Source: a virus (lineage: Duplodnaviria; Caudoviricetes). From it: a stretch of 64,000 nt of DNA. Of this stretch, positions 48,055-57,718 are shown piece by piece; position 1 is the stretch's first letter; every line of letters begins with the position of its first letter. The stretch covers positions 1-64,000 of the IMG/VR virus record IMGVR_UViG_3300028549_000249; one strand, written 5' to 3'. The translations under genes were made by a program, and so were the position numbers. The notes under the pieces were generated by a model. The model was not told the DNA's origin, made no database searches, and was given only the letters and a program-made list of their open reading frames with translations.

Positions 48055-48828
48055 ATGGCAACTCAAACACCACAATTCCTGCCAGTCTACTTCCGCTACG
48101 GCCTGTGTGCAGTCTACCCTTCGGATAAGGTCTACTTTGTCTGTGTGATCGCTTGCGGAACCGATCCCGGAGACAAGCTGTCCGACGGCACTCCGTTCAC
48201 CCCTAAGTTCATCGGGGTGATTGGTTTCGGCAGACGGACTGTAATGGAGGACGCCTTCAAGTCATCCATGGGTAAGGCCATCCACCACAAAATAATTACA
48301 GGTGGCTACTCGAATATCAGCCCTACGTTTGAGGATCTTTGCTGCGTCGGCGCTGGGATCATCGACATGACTCAGCATTGCTCCAAGCCGATTGTAACCT
48401 CCTCACCATCTAACGAAGAAGCAAGCTCCTATGCCCTAGCGAGCGTGTTGTCAGATCGGCTAGGCACCAAGTTGAAGACTGGATACCATGCAGGCGGCTG
48501 GGCACTCGGCAACGGGATCTCTCAGGTTAGCGCAAGCGTCCTGTCCTCCTTTGGTAACATATTCCCGACCTTGGGTCTGTGTATGAACCGATTGAAGGGC
48601 AGCACGGTTCATAAACCTTCCAGCCTCGAAACCCATATGGATATGAGTAAGATCATCACCAAGGCAACGAATGTGCAGAAAGTTTACGATGTCAAGATGG
48701 GGACTACCTACGAGGGAAGCTTACTGAAAGCCGCTTACCCTGCGTGGACTCAGGTAACCAAGGAGAAGTCAGCCCCACCCAAAACACTGAAGGATAACCC
48801 ACGCAAGAGAAGGCGTGTGATCGAATAA
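48055..48828 (+). CDS. hypothetical protein ending PRKRRRVIE
   Basis: Own promoter at 48020. Confidence 0.65.
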   Translation: MATQTPQFLPVYFRYGLCAVYPSDKVYFVCVIACGTDPGDKLSDGTPFTPKFIGVIGFGRRTVMEDAFKSSMGKAIHHKIITGGYSNISPTFEDLCCVGAGIIDMTQHCSKPIVTSSPSNEEASSYALASVLSDRLGTKLKTGYHAGGWALGNGISQVSASVLSSFGNIFPTLGLCMNRLKGSTVHKPSSLETHMDMSKIITKATNVQKVYDVKMGTTYEGSLLKAAYPAWTQVTKEKSAPPKTLKDNPRKRRRVIE

Positions 48829-48840
48829 CCTAACACCACA

Positions 48841-49473
48841 ATGAAACGCAAGAGGACCATAACTGATGAGATGAGGATTGCCTTGGATGCCGCCCTCAAG
48901 GACCCTACTAATCTAACAGAGAGGCAGATCGAAATAATCGAGGAGATGAAGCCTCGTCAGCTCAGACCGTGTGGGGCATGCACGATGTGTTGCCGCGCTC
49001 CCACTATCGACGAAACTCTGATCAAAGCTGGTGACGTCATGGAGCCTAAGCCTCATGGCGTAACCTGCCAGTATTGCAACCTCAAGTCGGGATGCAATCG
49101 CTACGAGACCAGACCCTCAACCTGCAAAGGCTACGAATGCCTGTGGGGTCTCGGAATGATACCGGAGGAGCACTTCCCTGAGACTGTCGGTGTGTGCTGG
49201 ACGCTACAGCCAACTCAAGATGAATCAGGGCTGATAGTGATGGGACATTGTTTCGATGTCGGAGCCGTCCTACATCACGAGCTAACCCCTAACCTCGTGA
49301 ATCACTTCTTCAGCAACGACATGATCAGCGCCGTTACTCTCCGGTCTGATAAAGAAGTCGTGGCGCTCTTGCCGTCTGGAATCATCGCCCACGCTGAGAT
49401 CGATCAGGATGATCCGATGAGGATGCGTGTTGATGCCTCAACCGAACACCTCTCCCGCTTCTCCATTGAGTGA
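48841..49473 (+). CDS. YkgJ-like CxxCxxCC cysteine-cluster protein
   Basis: CGACTMCC, CQY, C.RYETRP..C..YECLW. Confidence 0.7.
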   Translation: MKRKRTITDEMRIALDAALKDPTNLTERQIEIIEEMKPRQLRPCGACTMCCRAPTIDETLIKAGDVMEPKPHGVTCQYCNLKSGCNRYETRPSTCKGYECLWGLGMIPEEHFPETVGVCWTLQPTQDESGLIVMGHCFDVGAVLHHELTPNLVNHFFSNDMISAVTLRSDKEVVALLPSGIIAHAEIDQDDPMRMRVDASTEHLSRFSIE

Positions 49474-49549
49474 TTTGACCATCGGTCAAATTCTTCTAAC
49501 AGTTCAAATAATCCTTACAAAGGTTCCAGCTTTAGCCAATCATCAGATC

Positions 49550-49747
49550 ATGTCCAACATAATCCCATTCCCCTCCTCGTCTAAGCCTGAGGTGCTCTTC
49601 AATTTTGAGTTCATCTATGACGGTGCGGTGAGCACCCACAGCTTCAAAGGGGAGAATCGGTGGTTCGCCGCTGTCAGAGCTAACACCTTTGCATCACTCA
49701 TGGCTCAACGCCTCCACACCGCTGTCTTCATTCTCCATTCTAACTAA
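49550..49747 (+). CDS. small hypothetical protein
   Basis: ATG 49550 just after the promoter at 49515. Confidence 0.5.
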   Translation: MSNIIPFPSSSKPEVLFNFEFIYDGAVSTHSFKGENRWFAAVRANTFASLMAQRLHTAVFILHSN

Positions 49748-49755
49748 ACACCACA

Positions 49756-50712
49756 ATGCAATTCATCGTTACACTAACAAGCCGAGTCCAGAAATACATC
49801 AACTATGCGACTCCCGCCCTTGCCGCCGCGTGTAAGAAACTCAAGTTCGACATCGTTCAGATCAAGTTCGATGGGTGGTGGGCACGGATCGTGATCAAGA
49901 ACGGAGTGGCTCAGATCTTCTCTCGCCAGAACCAGCTCAAGGATACATTCCCCGCTGAAGGCGTCGCTGATATGGTTCTCCTTGGAGAGTATCTTAAGGG
50001 GACCAACAGGAGCACCTCTGATGCGTCCGCAGCCGACGTCGGTGGCGTGGTGATGGTGTTCGACGCACTACACTTCGGGAAGGATGGATTCATCAACCTG
50101 CCTTACCGTGATCGTCACGATGCTCTGGTCAAAGCCAAGGCGGGTGGGTTGCTCCCTGAGTGGTGCCGCACCGTCATGTCGTGGGATACTAACATGGCAG
50201 ACAAACTCTGGGAGATGGACGTCGTAGCTTGTGGTGCCGAGGGCCTCGTCTTCCGCCGCTCCGAGGACAACTACCTCGACGCAACGATTGGTCGGGTCAA
50301 GCAGGAGTTTAGTGTTGACTATGTAATAATGGGGTTCACCGAAGGTGGAGGCAAGCGAGCCAAGATGGCTGGCAACCTGATAGGCGGCCTATACGTCCCG
50401 TCCCTCTCGTTTGCAGAGGCCGCAGAGATTAGGGCGAAGTTCATCGCCAAGAACCCGAACGTGAAAGGGTGGACTGTGTATGGTCGCTCGAAGTTGGTTC
50501 CTAAGGTGAGCATCGGTGGTGGGTTCAACGACAGCGAGATGAAGGACCAGTTCGATAACTTCAGGAAGTATGCTGGTAGGGTGCTCGAAGTGAAGGGATG
50601 GCAGATTTTCGAGTCCGGTGCGATGCGCCATCCGAATGCTGTTAGAGAATCTAACGGGTCGATTAAGTGGCGCGATGATAAGTCGATTTACGAGTGTGTT
50701 TGGGATAGCTGA
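49756..50712 (+). CDS. ATP-dependent DNA ligase
   Basis: QIKFDG (KxDG), LLGE, FDAL, EGLVFR, OB domain GF..G.GKR...GNL, RHP. Confidence 0.88.
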   Translation: MQFIVTLTSRVQKYINYATPALAAACKKLKFDIVQIKFDGWWARIVIKNGVAQIFSRQNQLKDTFPAEGVADMVLLGEYLKGTNRSTSDASAADVGGVVMVFDALHFGKDGFINLPYRDRHDALVKAKAGGLLPEWCRTVMSWDTNMADKLWEMDVVACGAEGLVFRRSEDNYLDATIGRVKQEFSVDYVIMGFTEGGGKRAKMAGNLIGGLYVPSLSFAEAAEIRAKFIAKNPNVKGWTVYGRSKLVPKVSIGGGFNDSEMKDQFDNFRKYAGRVLEVKGWQIFESGAMRHPNAVRESNGSIKWRDDKSIYECVWDS

Positions 50713-50872
50713 GAAGCATCCCTAACAGAAATGCGTGTTTCGCGCTATGTTTTCCGAGGTAGAAAATCTTTCTAACAGTTGATTTTTTCGTTGCAAAGGT
50801 TTGTGTCGTGGGGTAGTCTCTTACATGTCAGGGGGCGATGCCCCGAATCGAATCCGAAATCACCACAATCCG

Positions 50873-51265
50873 ATGAAATCGAACACCACAAAACTCCTCC
50901 CATCCACCACGATCAAAGCAGCTCACACCCTCCGCAAAGAGATTGCTGAGAAGCACGGCGTGTCAGTCAAGTCTATCGCTTGGAAAGGCTGCATACGCGC
51001 AGTCGGTTGCAAGGGCCGCAAGAACATCGTTGACGCATGGAACTATCAGCTTGGCTCAATCGGCTTCAAAGTGAATCAGTTCCTCTGGTCAGCCGAGTGC
51101 CCCGTTGCTTTCACAATCCGCGACGTCGCCGACGCAACTGGATTCACGCTTGACCAACTCACACCGACCTTCGCTTTCCATGAGAGCTATGGCCACGTTC
51201 GCAATAACCGTGGATGGATGAGCGTTGTTGCCTCGCATCGCCCTTTCGCCCACCCCTTTGCTTGA
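50873..51265 (+). CDS. hypothetical protein
   Basis: ATG 50873 after the promoter at 50791 and a GGGGC/GCCCC leader hairpin. Confidence 0.55.
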   Translation: MKSNTTKLLPSTTIKAAHTLRKEIAEKHGVSVKSIAWKGCIRAVGCKGRKNIVDAWNYQLGSIGFKVNQFLWSAECPVAFTIRDVADATGFTLDQLTPTFAFHESYGHVRNNRGWMSVVASHRPFAHPFA

Positions 51266-51300
51266 TCCTCAAACACCACTAACAACTAGGAAACACCACC

Positions 51301-51948
51301 ATGAAACTCCAGAACCCAAAGGACAGCGCGATCATCGAGTCGCCATTTGATTCCCACTCCGACGCCGCCGCCAAACTCAACGAGCGGATTTCCGCAGGCG
51401 AGTTCCGCGACGCCACCTTCGCTACCAGCATCGCCACCTCTAAGTGCTACTCCGCCTCTCAGGCGTTCTGGCTGCACAAGCTCGCCATGGGTCGCCAACC
51501 TCAGGTCGCCGTTGCTAACGGATTGGACATGAGCGGACTGAAGGCCATCTTCGCCAAGGCATCCGCGCACCTGAAGTATCCCGCCATCCTCCTCGCGGTA
51601 GGTGACGCCATCGTGAAGCTCTCACTCGCGGGTCCCCGCTCGCAACACCAAGGGCAGGTGATGGTGACCTCACCTAAGTATGGCGACGCCTACTACGGAC
51701 GAGTCGATCACGAAGGAAACTTCTATCAGGGCAAGGACAACTCGCCAGCAGTTCAGGCTATGGTTCGCCGGATGTCCGAAGATCCAGTTGCCACCGCCAA
51801 GGAGTTCGCTCGCCTAACGGGTAAGTGCTGCTTCTGCGGGTTGACCTTGAAAGATGAAAGATCAACATCAGTTGGTTACGGTAGCACATGTGCAGATCAT
51901 TTTGGGCTGCCATGGGGTAACGTCATCCGCAACCGGGCTTCTGAATAA
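51301..51948 (+). CDS. DUF6011-like Zn-ribbon protein
   Basis: LTGKCCFCGLTLKDERS..VGYGSTCA..FG. Confidence 0.7.
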   Translation: MKLQNPKDSAIIESPFDSHSDAAAKLNERISAGEFRDATFATSIATSKCYSASQAFWLHKLAMGRQPQVAVANGLDMSGLKAIFAKASAHLKYPAILLAVGDAIVKLSLAGPRSQHQGQVMVTSPKYGDAYYGRVDHEGNFYQGKDNSPAVQAMVRRMSEDPVATAKEFARLTGKCCFCGLTLKDERSTSVGYGSTCADHFGLPWGNVIRNRASE

Positions 51949-51974
51949 CACCTTGAGGTGTGGTGCCTCAACAC

Positions 51975-52020
51975 AAAGCCTACCTTCTCGGATGTGGTGT
52001 CTGGGGGGTAGGCGTTTTTT
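51975..52020 (+). terminator. intrinsic terminator whose U-tract runs into the palindrome
   Basis: GCCTACC/GGTAGGC stem with G-U extension, then T6 (52015-52020). Confidence 0.65.
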
Positions 52021-52039
52021 GACCATCGGTCAAATTGGC

Positions 52040-52068
52040 TTGACCATTCCTTACTCATACTTAATCCT
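52040..52068 (+). promoter_or_regulatory. sigma70-like promoter (TTGACC-17-AATCCT)
   Basis: Heads the modification operon; starts 5 bp after the palindrome at 52018-52034. Confidence 0.45.
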
Positions 52069-52074
52069 TCGCCT

Positions 52075-52494
52075 GTGCTACCACCTACGTTCCCATTCAC
52101 TGCTGAGGGCATCAGAGATTTCGTTGACTCCCATCCTTGGAAGTTTGCAAAGACAATGCCATGGTGCCCGCACGAGTATCTTGTTAGGGACAAGAGTCGG
52201 AGGGATAGCGAGTTCCTCGACTTCATCGCCGCCATCCGTGAGTTCGGCTACGACGACACCTACATGGGAAAACCACGAGGCAAGCTCTTCCGCTACATGG
52301 ACTTTGAAGGCATGAAGTATTGGACCATGGGTTGCGCCCTTGACGTAACGGTGGTCCTGAACCGCGCCGAGATTGAATGGGTGCCACGCCCGATTGTTAG
52401 GAATCCGAAGCCATGGGTGGTCCTAGGCTGGGACGGCGACGATGATCCTGCTCAGGTCGCCCACTACCGCAGAGTGAGAGGAATGAAGCCATGA
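52075..52494 (+). CDS. conserved phage hypothetical protein
   Basis: WKFAKTMP..PHEY...YMDFEGMKYWTMG motif. Confidence 0.65.
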   Translation: MLPPTFPFTAEGIRDFVDSHPWKFAKTMPWCPHEYLVRDKSRRDSEFLDFIAAIREFGYDDTYMGKPRGKLFRYMDFEGMKYWTMGCALDVTVVLNRAEIEWVPRPIVRNPKPWVVLGWDGDDDPAQVAHYRRVRGMKP

Positions 52495-53129
52495 GATACC
52501 ATACCGCAGTCCCGTCCGCTGGTCTTGAGGTTGAGGCGAAGCCCGCTGTTACTTTTCTATCCGGTAACCTCCTCGCCATTCAGAACGACTTTGCCTTGAA
52601 TGGTATCCCAGACCAGATGGAGGATTGCGATGTCATCTACGTCGAGCCTCCGTGGAGACGAGGCTACGAGGCATTCAACAAGAGGGCTTGGTCTACGTCG
52701 GGTGTTAGCTACGCAGACTTCATGCACTCGCTCGACTCGGAGCTTAGGGGCTTCAAGGGTCATGCCTATGTCGCCACCGGACCAGATGGTATCCGCTCCC
52801 TTGTCGGCAGGATGGGTGAGGTCCCTTTCAGGATCGGTCCTCATGTCAAAGGGTCCGGCCTCCTCGCCTGTTACGGTCCCCGTCCCGGAGTCCTTGCTGG
52901 TCCACCGATGCACTGCTCCAAGTTCCTAGCAATGTTAGCTAAGAAGTATAAGAAGCTCGGTGACTTTTGTTGTGGCTACGGCTACTCAGGGAAACTGTTC
53001 CTCGCCTACGGTGGGGAGTCGGCAGTTCTGGCTGACTTCAACGCAACCTGCATAGGTGTGATCCGCGATGAATACCCTAACTGGCCGAAGTCGCCAGCCG
53101 ACATAAAACTCGAAGACCTACCCGTGTGA
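52491..53129 (+). CDS. N6A/N4C methyltransferase-like protein, beta-type motif order
   Basis: VIYVEPPW (motif IV variant) then LGDFCCGYG (motif I). Confidence 0.65.
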   Translation: MRYHTAVPSAGLEVEAKPAVTFLSGNLLAIQNDFALNGIPDQMEDCDVIYVEPPWRRGYEAFNKRAWSTSGVSYADFMHSLDSELRGFKGHAYVATGPDGIRSLVGRMGEVPFRIGPHVKGSGLLACYGPRPGVLAGPPMHCSKFLAMLAKKYKKLGDFCCGYGYSGKLFLAYGGESAVLADFNATCIGVIRDEYPNWPKSPADIKLEDLPV

Positions 53130-53779
53130 GTATTAAGACCTATATCCAGATGGTCCCTTCTCGGCAAGAGATCGTTGACGCGCTTATCGTTCCGCGCCTG
53201 CAATCCTTCGACTGCATTGGTGAGGTTGTGATGTCCTCTGATGCTGAGTATAGGGGTCCGCTCTGGAACTTCATCCAGATTGCCGAGATGATAGCGGCCT
53301 CAGGCGAGGCTGGTCTTATCCTCCAAGACGATGTGATCTTCCACCCTCAGTTCGATGAACTGATGCCTGACATCATAGAGCACCTCCAGACCTTAGGTGC
53401 TGTGTCGCTCTTCTGCCCTCCTCGCAAGGACTTTGCTGATGCCTACGAAGCAGGCTTCAACTGGGTCGAGAACAGGAAGCACCTGTGGCAGCCAGCGATA
53501 GCTCTAACACCTGAGGTCACCACTGGGTTCCTCCGTTTTGCTTCCGAGCATACCGATGAGTTCGGCAAGGACGATGACGTTGCACTTGGCGCTTACCTGA
53601 AGTCTATAAAGTCCTCCATGTGGGTGACCGTGCCTTCGATCATTCAGCACAACATAGCCGTAGGGAGCACCTTAGGTCATCCCCAAAGGATAGGGAACAT
53701 CGGCGTCCGCACCACAAAGATTTGGCAGAAGAAGATGGACTCCAGCCACTTTAAGGAACTAAACAGCACTCGTATATGA
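53126..53779 (+). CDS. glycosyltransferase-like (GT25/GT2-like)
   Basis: GLILQDDV, AVSLF, DDDVAL, VPSIIQH. Confidence 0.65.
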   Translation: MSIKTYIQMVPSRQEIVDALIVPRLQSFDCIGEVVMSSDAEYRGPLWNFIQIAEMIAASGEAGLILQDDVIFHPQFDELMPDIIEHLQTLGAVSLFCPPRKDFADAYEAGFNWVENRKHLWQPAIALTPEVTTGFLRFASEHTDEFGKDDDVALGAYLKSIKSSMWVTVPSIIQHNIAVGSTLGHPQRIGNIGVRTTKIWQKKMDSSHFKELNSTRI

Positions 53780-54387
53780 AAGTAATTGGAAAGCACAAGG
53801 TTAGTAATTTGTCGGTCTCAGATCCGAGGGTATCTAACTTATTCGCGCAAGGCGAGAAGGCTAGCATCCTCTACGTCGATCCACCATGGGGTGAAGGGAA
53901 CATGAAGTTCTGGACCACGCTGATGAAGAAGCAAACCGGAGTTTCGGTTGAGCCTATCCCATTCACAGCGCTGATAGACTCCATCCTCCGCCTAGCTCTC
54001 TCCTACACTCACGGCATGGTCTTCATTGAAACTGGACTCAAGTGGGAAGCCCAGATCGCCGACGCGATGCGTGCCGCAGGACTCGGTGGGGTTAGGTCCC
54101 ATCACCTAGTTTACCGGAGTGGTTCAGTGATGAAGCCATGCGTCTTCCTATCGGGTGCTACACCAAGCTCTAATCACTCAGGGTATGCCCCGCATCCGTC
54201 CCTAAGTGGTGCCGCCCTTGTGGATGATGTGGTGCAGCATCACGCAGTCCCAGAGGGGATTCTACTTGATCCATGCTGTGGTATGGGATACTCAGCGAGA
54301 GCCGCCACCAATAACGGTATGCGGTTTTTCGGTAACGAACTGAACGCGAGCCGACTCGCCAAAACAATCAAAATCCTCGAACGATGA
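53776..54387 (+). CDS. N6A/N4C methyltransferase-like protein, beta-type motif order
   Basis: ILYVDPPW (motif IV), ILLDPCCGMG (motif I), FFGNELN. Confidence 0.75.
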   Translation: MKVIGKHKVSNLSVSDPRVSNLFAQGEKASILYVDPPWGEGNMKFWTTLMKKQTGVSVEPIPFTALIDSILRLALSYTHGMVFIETGLKWEAQIADAMRAAGLGGVRSHHLVYRSGSVMKPCVFLSGATPSSNHSGYAPHPSLSGAALVDDVVQHHAVPEGILLDPCCGMGYSARAATNNGMRFFGNELNASRLAKTIKILER

Positions 54388-55580
54388 AAGCACCTGATAG
54401 GCACGGCGGAGTAAAGGTCTACAAGAACCAGAACGTCTACGAGGCAGCCAAGGCGCGTATCCGCTGGGTGTTCGAGGAGTTCGAGGAGGTGTTAGTCAAC
54501 GTCTCTGGTGGTAAGGATTCGACTGTGGTGTTCCAGCTCGCCCTTGAGGTCGCTACTGAGATGGGTCGCTTGCCGCTCGCAGTCATGTGGTTAGATCAAG
54601 AGATGGAGTGGCAGGCAACGGCAGATTCCGTCAAGCAGATGATGAGCACTCCAGGAGTCAAACCCTACTGGTATCAGGTCCCCTTTCGCTCAGAGTCCGC
54701 CTCCTCGTCTGAGGAATCACGGCCTTGGCTATGGAATCCCGAAACGCCTGAGGATTGGATCAGACCGAAAGATCCGATGTCGATCCATGAGAACACTTTC
54801 GGGACCGATAAGTTCTACAAGCTGTTAGACAGAATCCCACTGTCGATCTTTCCCGGAAAGCACATCGCTCAGCTCACTGGGGTTCGCTGCGAGGAATCTC
54901 CGGTTCGTGCCCTTGGCTTGACCGTCGCCCCGACCTACAAGTGGGCAACGTGGGGCAAGAAGGGCAACTGGCAAGACTCGGTGCCGAAGGACCAACGCAC
55001 GGAGCTGAATCGGTGTTGCACCATGCACCCGATTTATGACTGGACGTTCTCGGATGTCTGGGCCTCGATCAATAAGAACAACTGGCCTTACTGCAAGATT
55101 TACGATGAGTTCTATCGGTTCGGAGTTCCACGCCAAGAGATGCGTGTGTCGGCAGTCCATCATGAGATGTCGATCCGTTCCCTCTGGATCATGCAGGAGA
55201 TTGAGCGTGACACCTATCAGAAGCTGGTCACCCGCCTTTCCGGTGCCGACAGCGGTGCCAAGTTCGGCCACATGGGTTACTTCCCAACCTCGGTCCCTAC
55301 CATGTTCGGCGGGTGGGAGGACTACCGCGATTACCTGCTTGAGAATCTGATCACAAATCTGGAGTGGCGTGAGACCATGCGCAAACAGTTCGCTGATCAT
55401 GTCGAGCAATACAAGGGTTTGGTCGATCCTGATGAACTCTACATCGTCCACGTTAAGGCCATTCTAACAAATGACCATGACGGTATCCGCATCGCAAACT
55501 TCACCAACGCACCAGACAAGATCGATCTCCGCATGGAGCAGCGCCGACGCGCTGAGGCTGCCACAGCCAAAGAAATTTGA
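54384..55580 (+). CDS. ibrA: PAPS-reductase-like PP-loop protein (IbrA/DUF3440 family)
   Basis: VSGGKDS PP-loop, WLDQE, TGVRCEES..R, PIYDW...DVW, MRVS..HH. Confidence 0.85.
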   Translation: MKAPDRHGGVKVYKNQNVYEAAKARIRWVFEEFEEVLVNVSGGKDSTVVFQLALEVATEMGRLPLAVMWLDQEMEWQATADSVKQMMSTPGVKPYWYQVPFRSESASSSEESRPWLWNPETPEDWIRPKDPMSIHENTFGTDKFYKLLDRIPLSIFPGKHIAQLTGVRCEESPVRALGLTVAPTYKWATWGKKGNWQDSVPKDQRTELNRCCTMHPIYDWTFSDVWASINKNNWPYCKIYDEFYRFGVPRQEMRVSAVHHEMSIRSLWIMQEIERDTYQKLVTRLSGADSGAKFGHMGYFPTSVPTMFGGWEDYRDYLLENLITNLEWRETMRKQFADHVEQYKGLVDPDELYIVHVKAILTNDHDGIRIANFTNAPDKIDLRMEQRRRAEAATAKEI

Positions 55581-55604
55581 ACGTCGGTCAAAACCTCTAC
55601 CACC

Positions 55605-56276
55605 ATGAAAGCACTCGAAGAACTATTCGCCGCAACCTGCAACAATCCTGAGGAGCGCCTCACCCTGATGCAGTCCGTCACCGATTGGATGCACAAGAAC
55701 GTGTCGCCTTTCCGCAGTCAACCTATCGGTAACGTCCGGTGGATTCCGATGGAGAAAGTAGTCAGCAATGACTACAACCCTAACAGTGTGGCTACTCGTG
55801 AGATGAGCCTGCTTTACACTTCGATCCTCCACGACGGATACACGCAGCCCGTGGTGGTCGTGTTCGACCCAGCCAAGTATCTTTACGTTATTGTGGATGG
55901 GTTCCACCGTTACACAACCATGCGCCGTAACGCTGATATTGCAGGGCGGTGCCTGAGCCACGTTCCTTGTGTGGTCCTCGAAAAGGACATCAATGACCGC
56001 ATGGCTTCGACTGTGCGTCACAATCGGGCACGAGGCAAACACTCCGTCGGCGGGATGGGTAACATGGTTTTCGAGATGCTTGAGAACGGTTGGCAGGACG
56101 AGCAGATTTGTGCCGAACTTGGCATGGAGGCCGAGGAGCTGATCCGTCTGAAGCACATTACGGGGTTCTCGAAACTCTTCGATGACGTAGATTACCGCAA
56201 GGCGTGGGAGACCAAGAATCAGCTCAAGCTGAAGAAGGAATGGAAGGCAGCCCACCCCGAAGATAAGATCGTTTAA
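55605..56276 (+). CDS. ibrB: ParB/Srx-domain protein (IbrB family)
   Basis: NDYNPN, DGYTQP, IVDGFHRY, STVRHNRARGKH. Confidence 0.85.
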   Translation: MKALEELFAATCNNPEERLTLMQSVTDWMHKNVSPFRSQPIGNVRWIPMEKVVSNDYNPNSVATREMSLLYTSILHDGYTQPVVVVFDPAKYLYVIVDGFHRYTTMRRNADIAGRCLSHVPCVVLEKDINDRMASTVRHNRARGKHSVGGMGNMVFEMLENGWQDEQICAELGMEAEELIRLKHITGFSKLFDDVDYRKAWETKNQLKLKKEWKAAHPEDKIV

Positions 56277-56294
56277 CCTCTAACTTTCCATCAC

Positions 56295-56858
56295 ATGAAA
56301 ACCAAGAAACTTAGCCTAACGGCCATCAAACCCTACGACGGCAATCCAAGGAAGATTTCTCCGGCTGCCGTTGCCGCAGTCCGCAAGTCAATCGAAGACT
56401 TTGGATACAACAGCCCGATCATCGTAGACGCCAACGATGTGATCATCATGGGACACACTAGGCACGCCGCCCTAACGGAGCTTGGCTGGACCGAGGTCAC
56501 TGTGGTTGTCGCAGACCACCTGACCGAGATTCAAGTCAAGAAGCTCAGGGTGATCGACAATCGCGTAGGCGAACTCGCTGAGTGGGATGACGATCTCCTG
56601 CGTGATGAGGTTCGTGCTGTCGGTGCCGACGGCGAGATGGACGCTTGGTTCTCAGCCACCGACCTCAAGAAGATGCTCGGTGCCTTGGATGAAGTGCCGA
56701 CCTCATCCTCCCCAACCGCACAGCAGATCGAACAGCAGCAGGAAACTAGCAGCTCACACTTCAAGAAGGAATCCGAGCGGAAGGCTTCTGAGATGCTTGA
56801 GGTGCCATGCCCCGCATGTAAGGAAGTGTTCTTCGTTGACTCGAAGCTCGCCGACTAA
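56295..56858 (+). CDS. ParB N-terminal domain protein with C-terminal CxxC
   Basis: PYDGNPR, SIEDFGY..PIIVD...IIMGHTR, DNR..E...WD; CPAC. Confidence 0.8.
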   Translation: MKTKKLSLTAIKPYDGNPRKISPAAVAAVRKSIEDFGYNSPIIVDANDVIIMGHTRHAALTELGWTEVTVVVADHLTEIQVKKLRVIDNRVGELAEWDDDLLRDEVRAVGADGEMDAWFSATDLKKMLGALDEVPTSSSPTAQQIEQQQETSSSHFKKESERKASEMLEVPCPACKEVFFVDSKLAD

Positions 56859-56886
56859 ACCATCTACCAAGAAAGAACACACCAAG

Positions 56887-57480
56887 ATGAGTAACTCAAA
56901 AGCAATGAAGCCGATCAAGGTCAAGCTGACTCTGATCAAACCCTACTGGCGCAATCCTCGCAACAACGAGGCGGCGGTCAAAGCCTTAGTCGAATCTATC
57001 GGCGAGTTTGGCTACACGAACCCTATCGTGGTTGACGCGAAGAATGTGATCCTCGCGGGACACGCACGCTACCAAGCTCTGATGCGCCTTGGCTGGACTG
57101 AAGCAGAGGTGATCAAGGTCACCACTCTAACAGAAGAGCAATGCCGTCGCTTCCGCATCGCCGACAACAAGGCGGGTGAGCTTTCGGAGTGGGACATGGA
57201 CAAGCTGAAGATTGAGATTGCCGAACTCGGATTCGAGGCGGTGTCCTTTTTCTTCGACTCGGACCAATGGAGGACCGTTCTGGAAATCAAGGACCTGAGC
57301 GCCGAGAAAAAGGCTAACGAGGAAGAACTCAAGGCCGCGCACGCTGCGCACGAAAAGAAGGAGAGCGAGACAATCGACCTCCTCTGCCCTCATTGCCTTG
57401 AGGAAGTCGCATTCACCAAAGAGCAACTGCGCGAGTATGTTCGCTCCGCGCTTCCCGAAACGGGACCCGCTGAAGAGTGA
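56887..57480 (+). CDS. ParB N-terminal domain protein with C-terminal CxxC (paralogue)
   Basis: PYWRNPR, SIGEFGY..PIVVD...ILAGHAR, ADNK..E...WD; CPHC. Confidence 0.8.
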   Translation: MSNSKAMKPIKVKLTLIKPYWRNPRNNEAAVKALVESIGEFGYTNPIVVDAKNVILAGHARYQALMRLGWTEAEVIKVTTLTEEQCRRFRIADNKAGELSEWDMDKLKIEIAELGFEAVSFFFDSDQWRTVLEIKDLSAEKKANEEELKAAHAAHEKKESETIDLLCPHCLEEVAFTKEQLREYVRSALPETGPAEE

Positions 57481-57497
57481 CCTAAACGCCTCAAATC

Positions 57498-57535
57498 ACC
57501 CGTATTTGACCTAATCAGTTGAATACGGGTTTTTT
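57498..57535 (+). terminator. intrinsic terminator ending the modification operon
   Basis: ACCCGTATT/AATACGGGT stem followed by a T-run. Confidence 0.75.
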
Positions 57536-57542
57536 GTGCCCG

Positions 57543-57642
57543 TAGATTGCGTCAGGATCGATTAGGGCGCGTCGATGACCGTTATGGGGTATCGTATCGG
57601 AAAAACATTTTGGAACGATTTGACTCTAACACTTTTCTAACA
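57543..57642. repeat. dispersed intergenic element, copy D
   Basis: Aligns with 10153-10249 and partly with the 20.8 and 42.3 kb repeats. Confidence 0.75.
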
Positions 57643-57718
57643 GTTGAAATAATCCTTGCAAAGGTTCCCGCTTTAGGTCATCCTCAGGGCGTATCCAATC
57701 CATCCAATAAATCCCACC

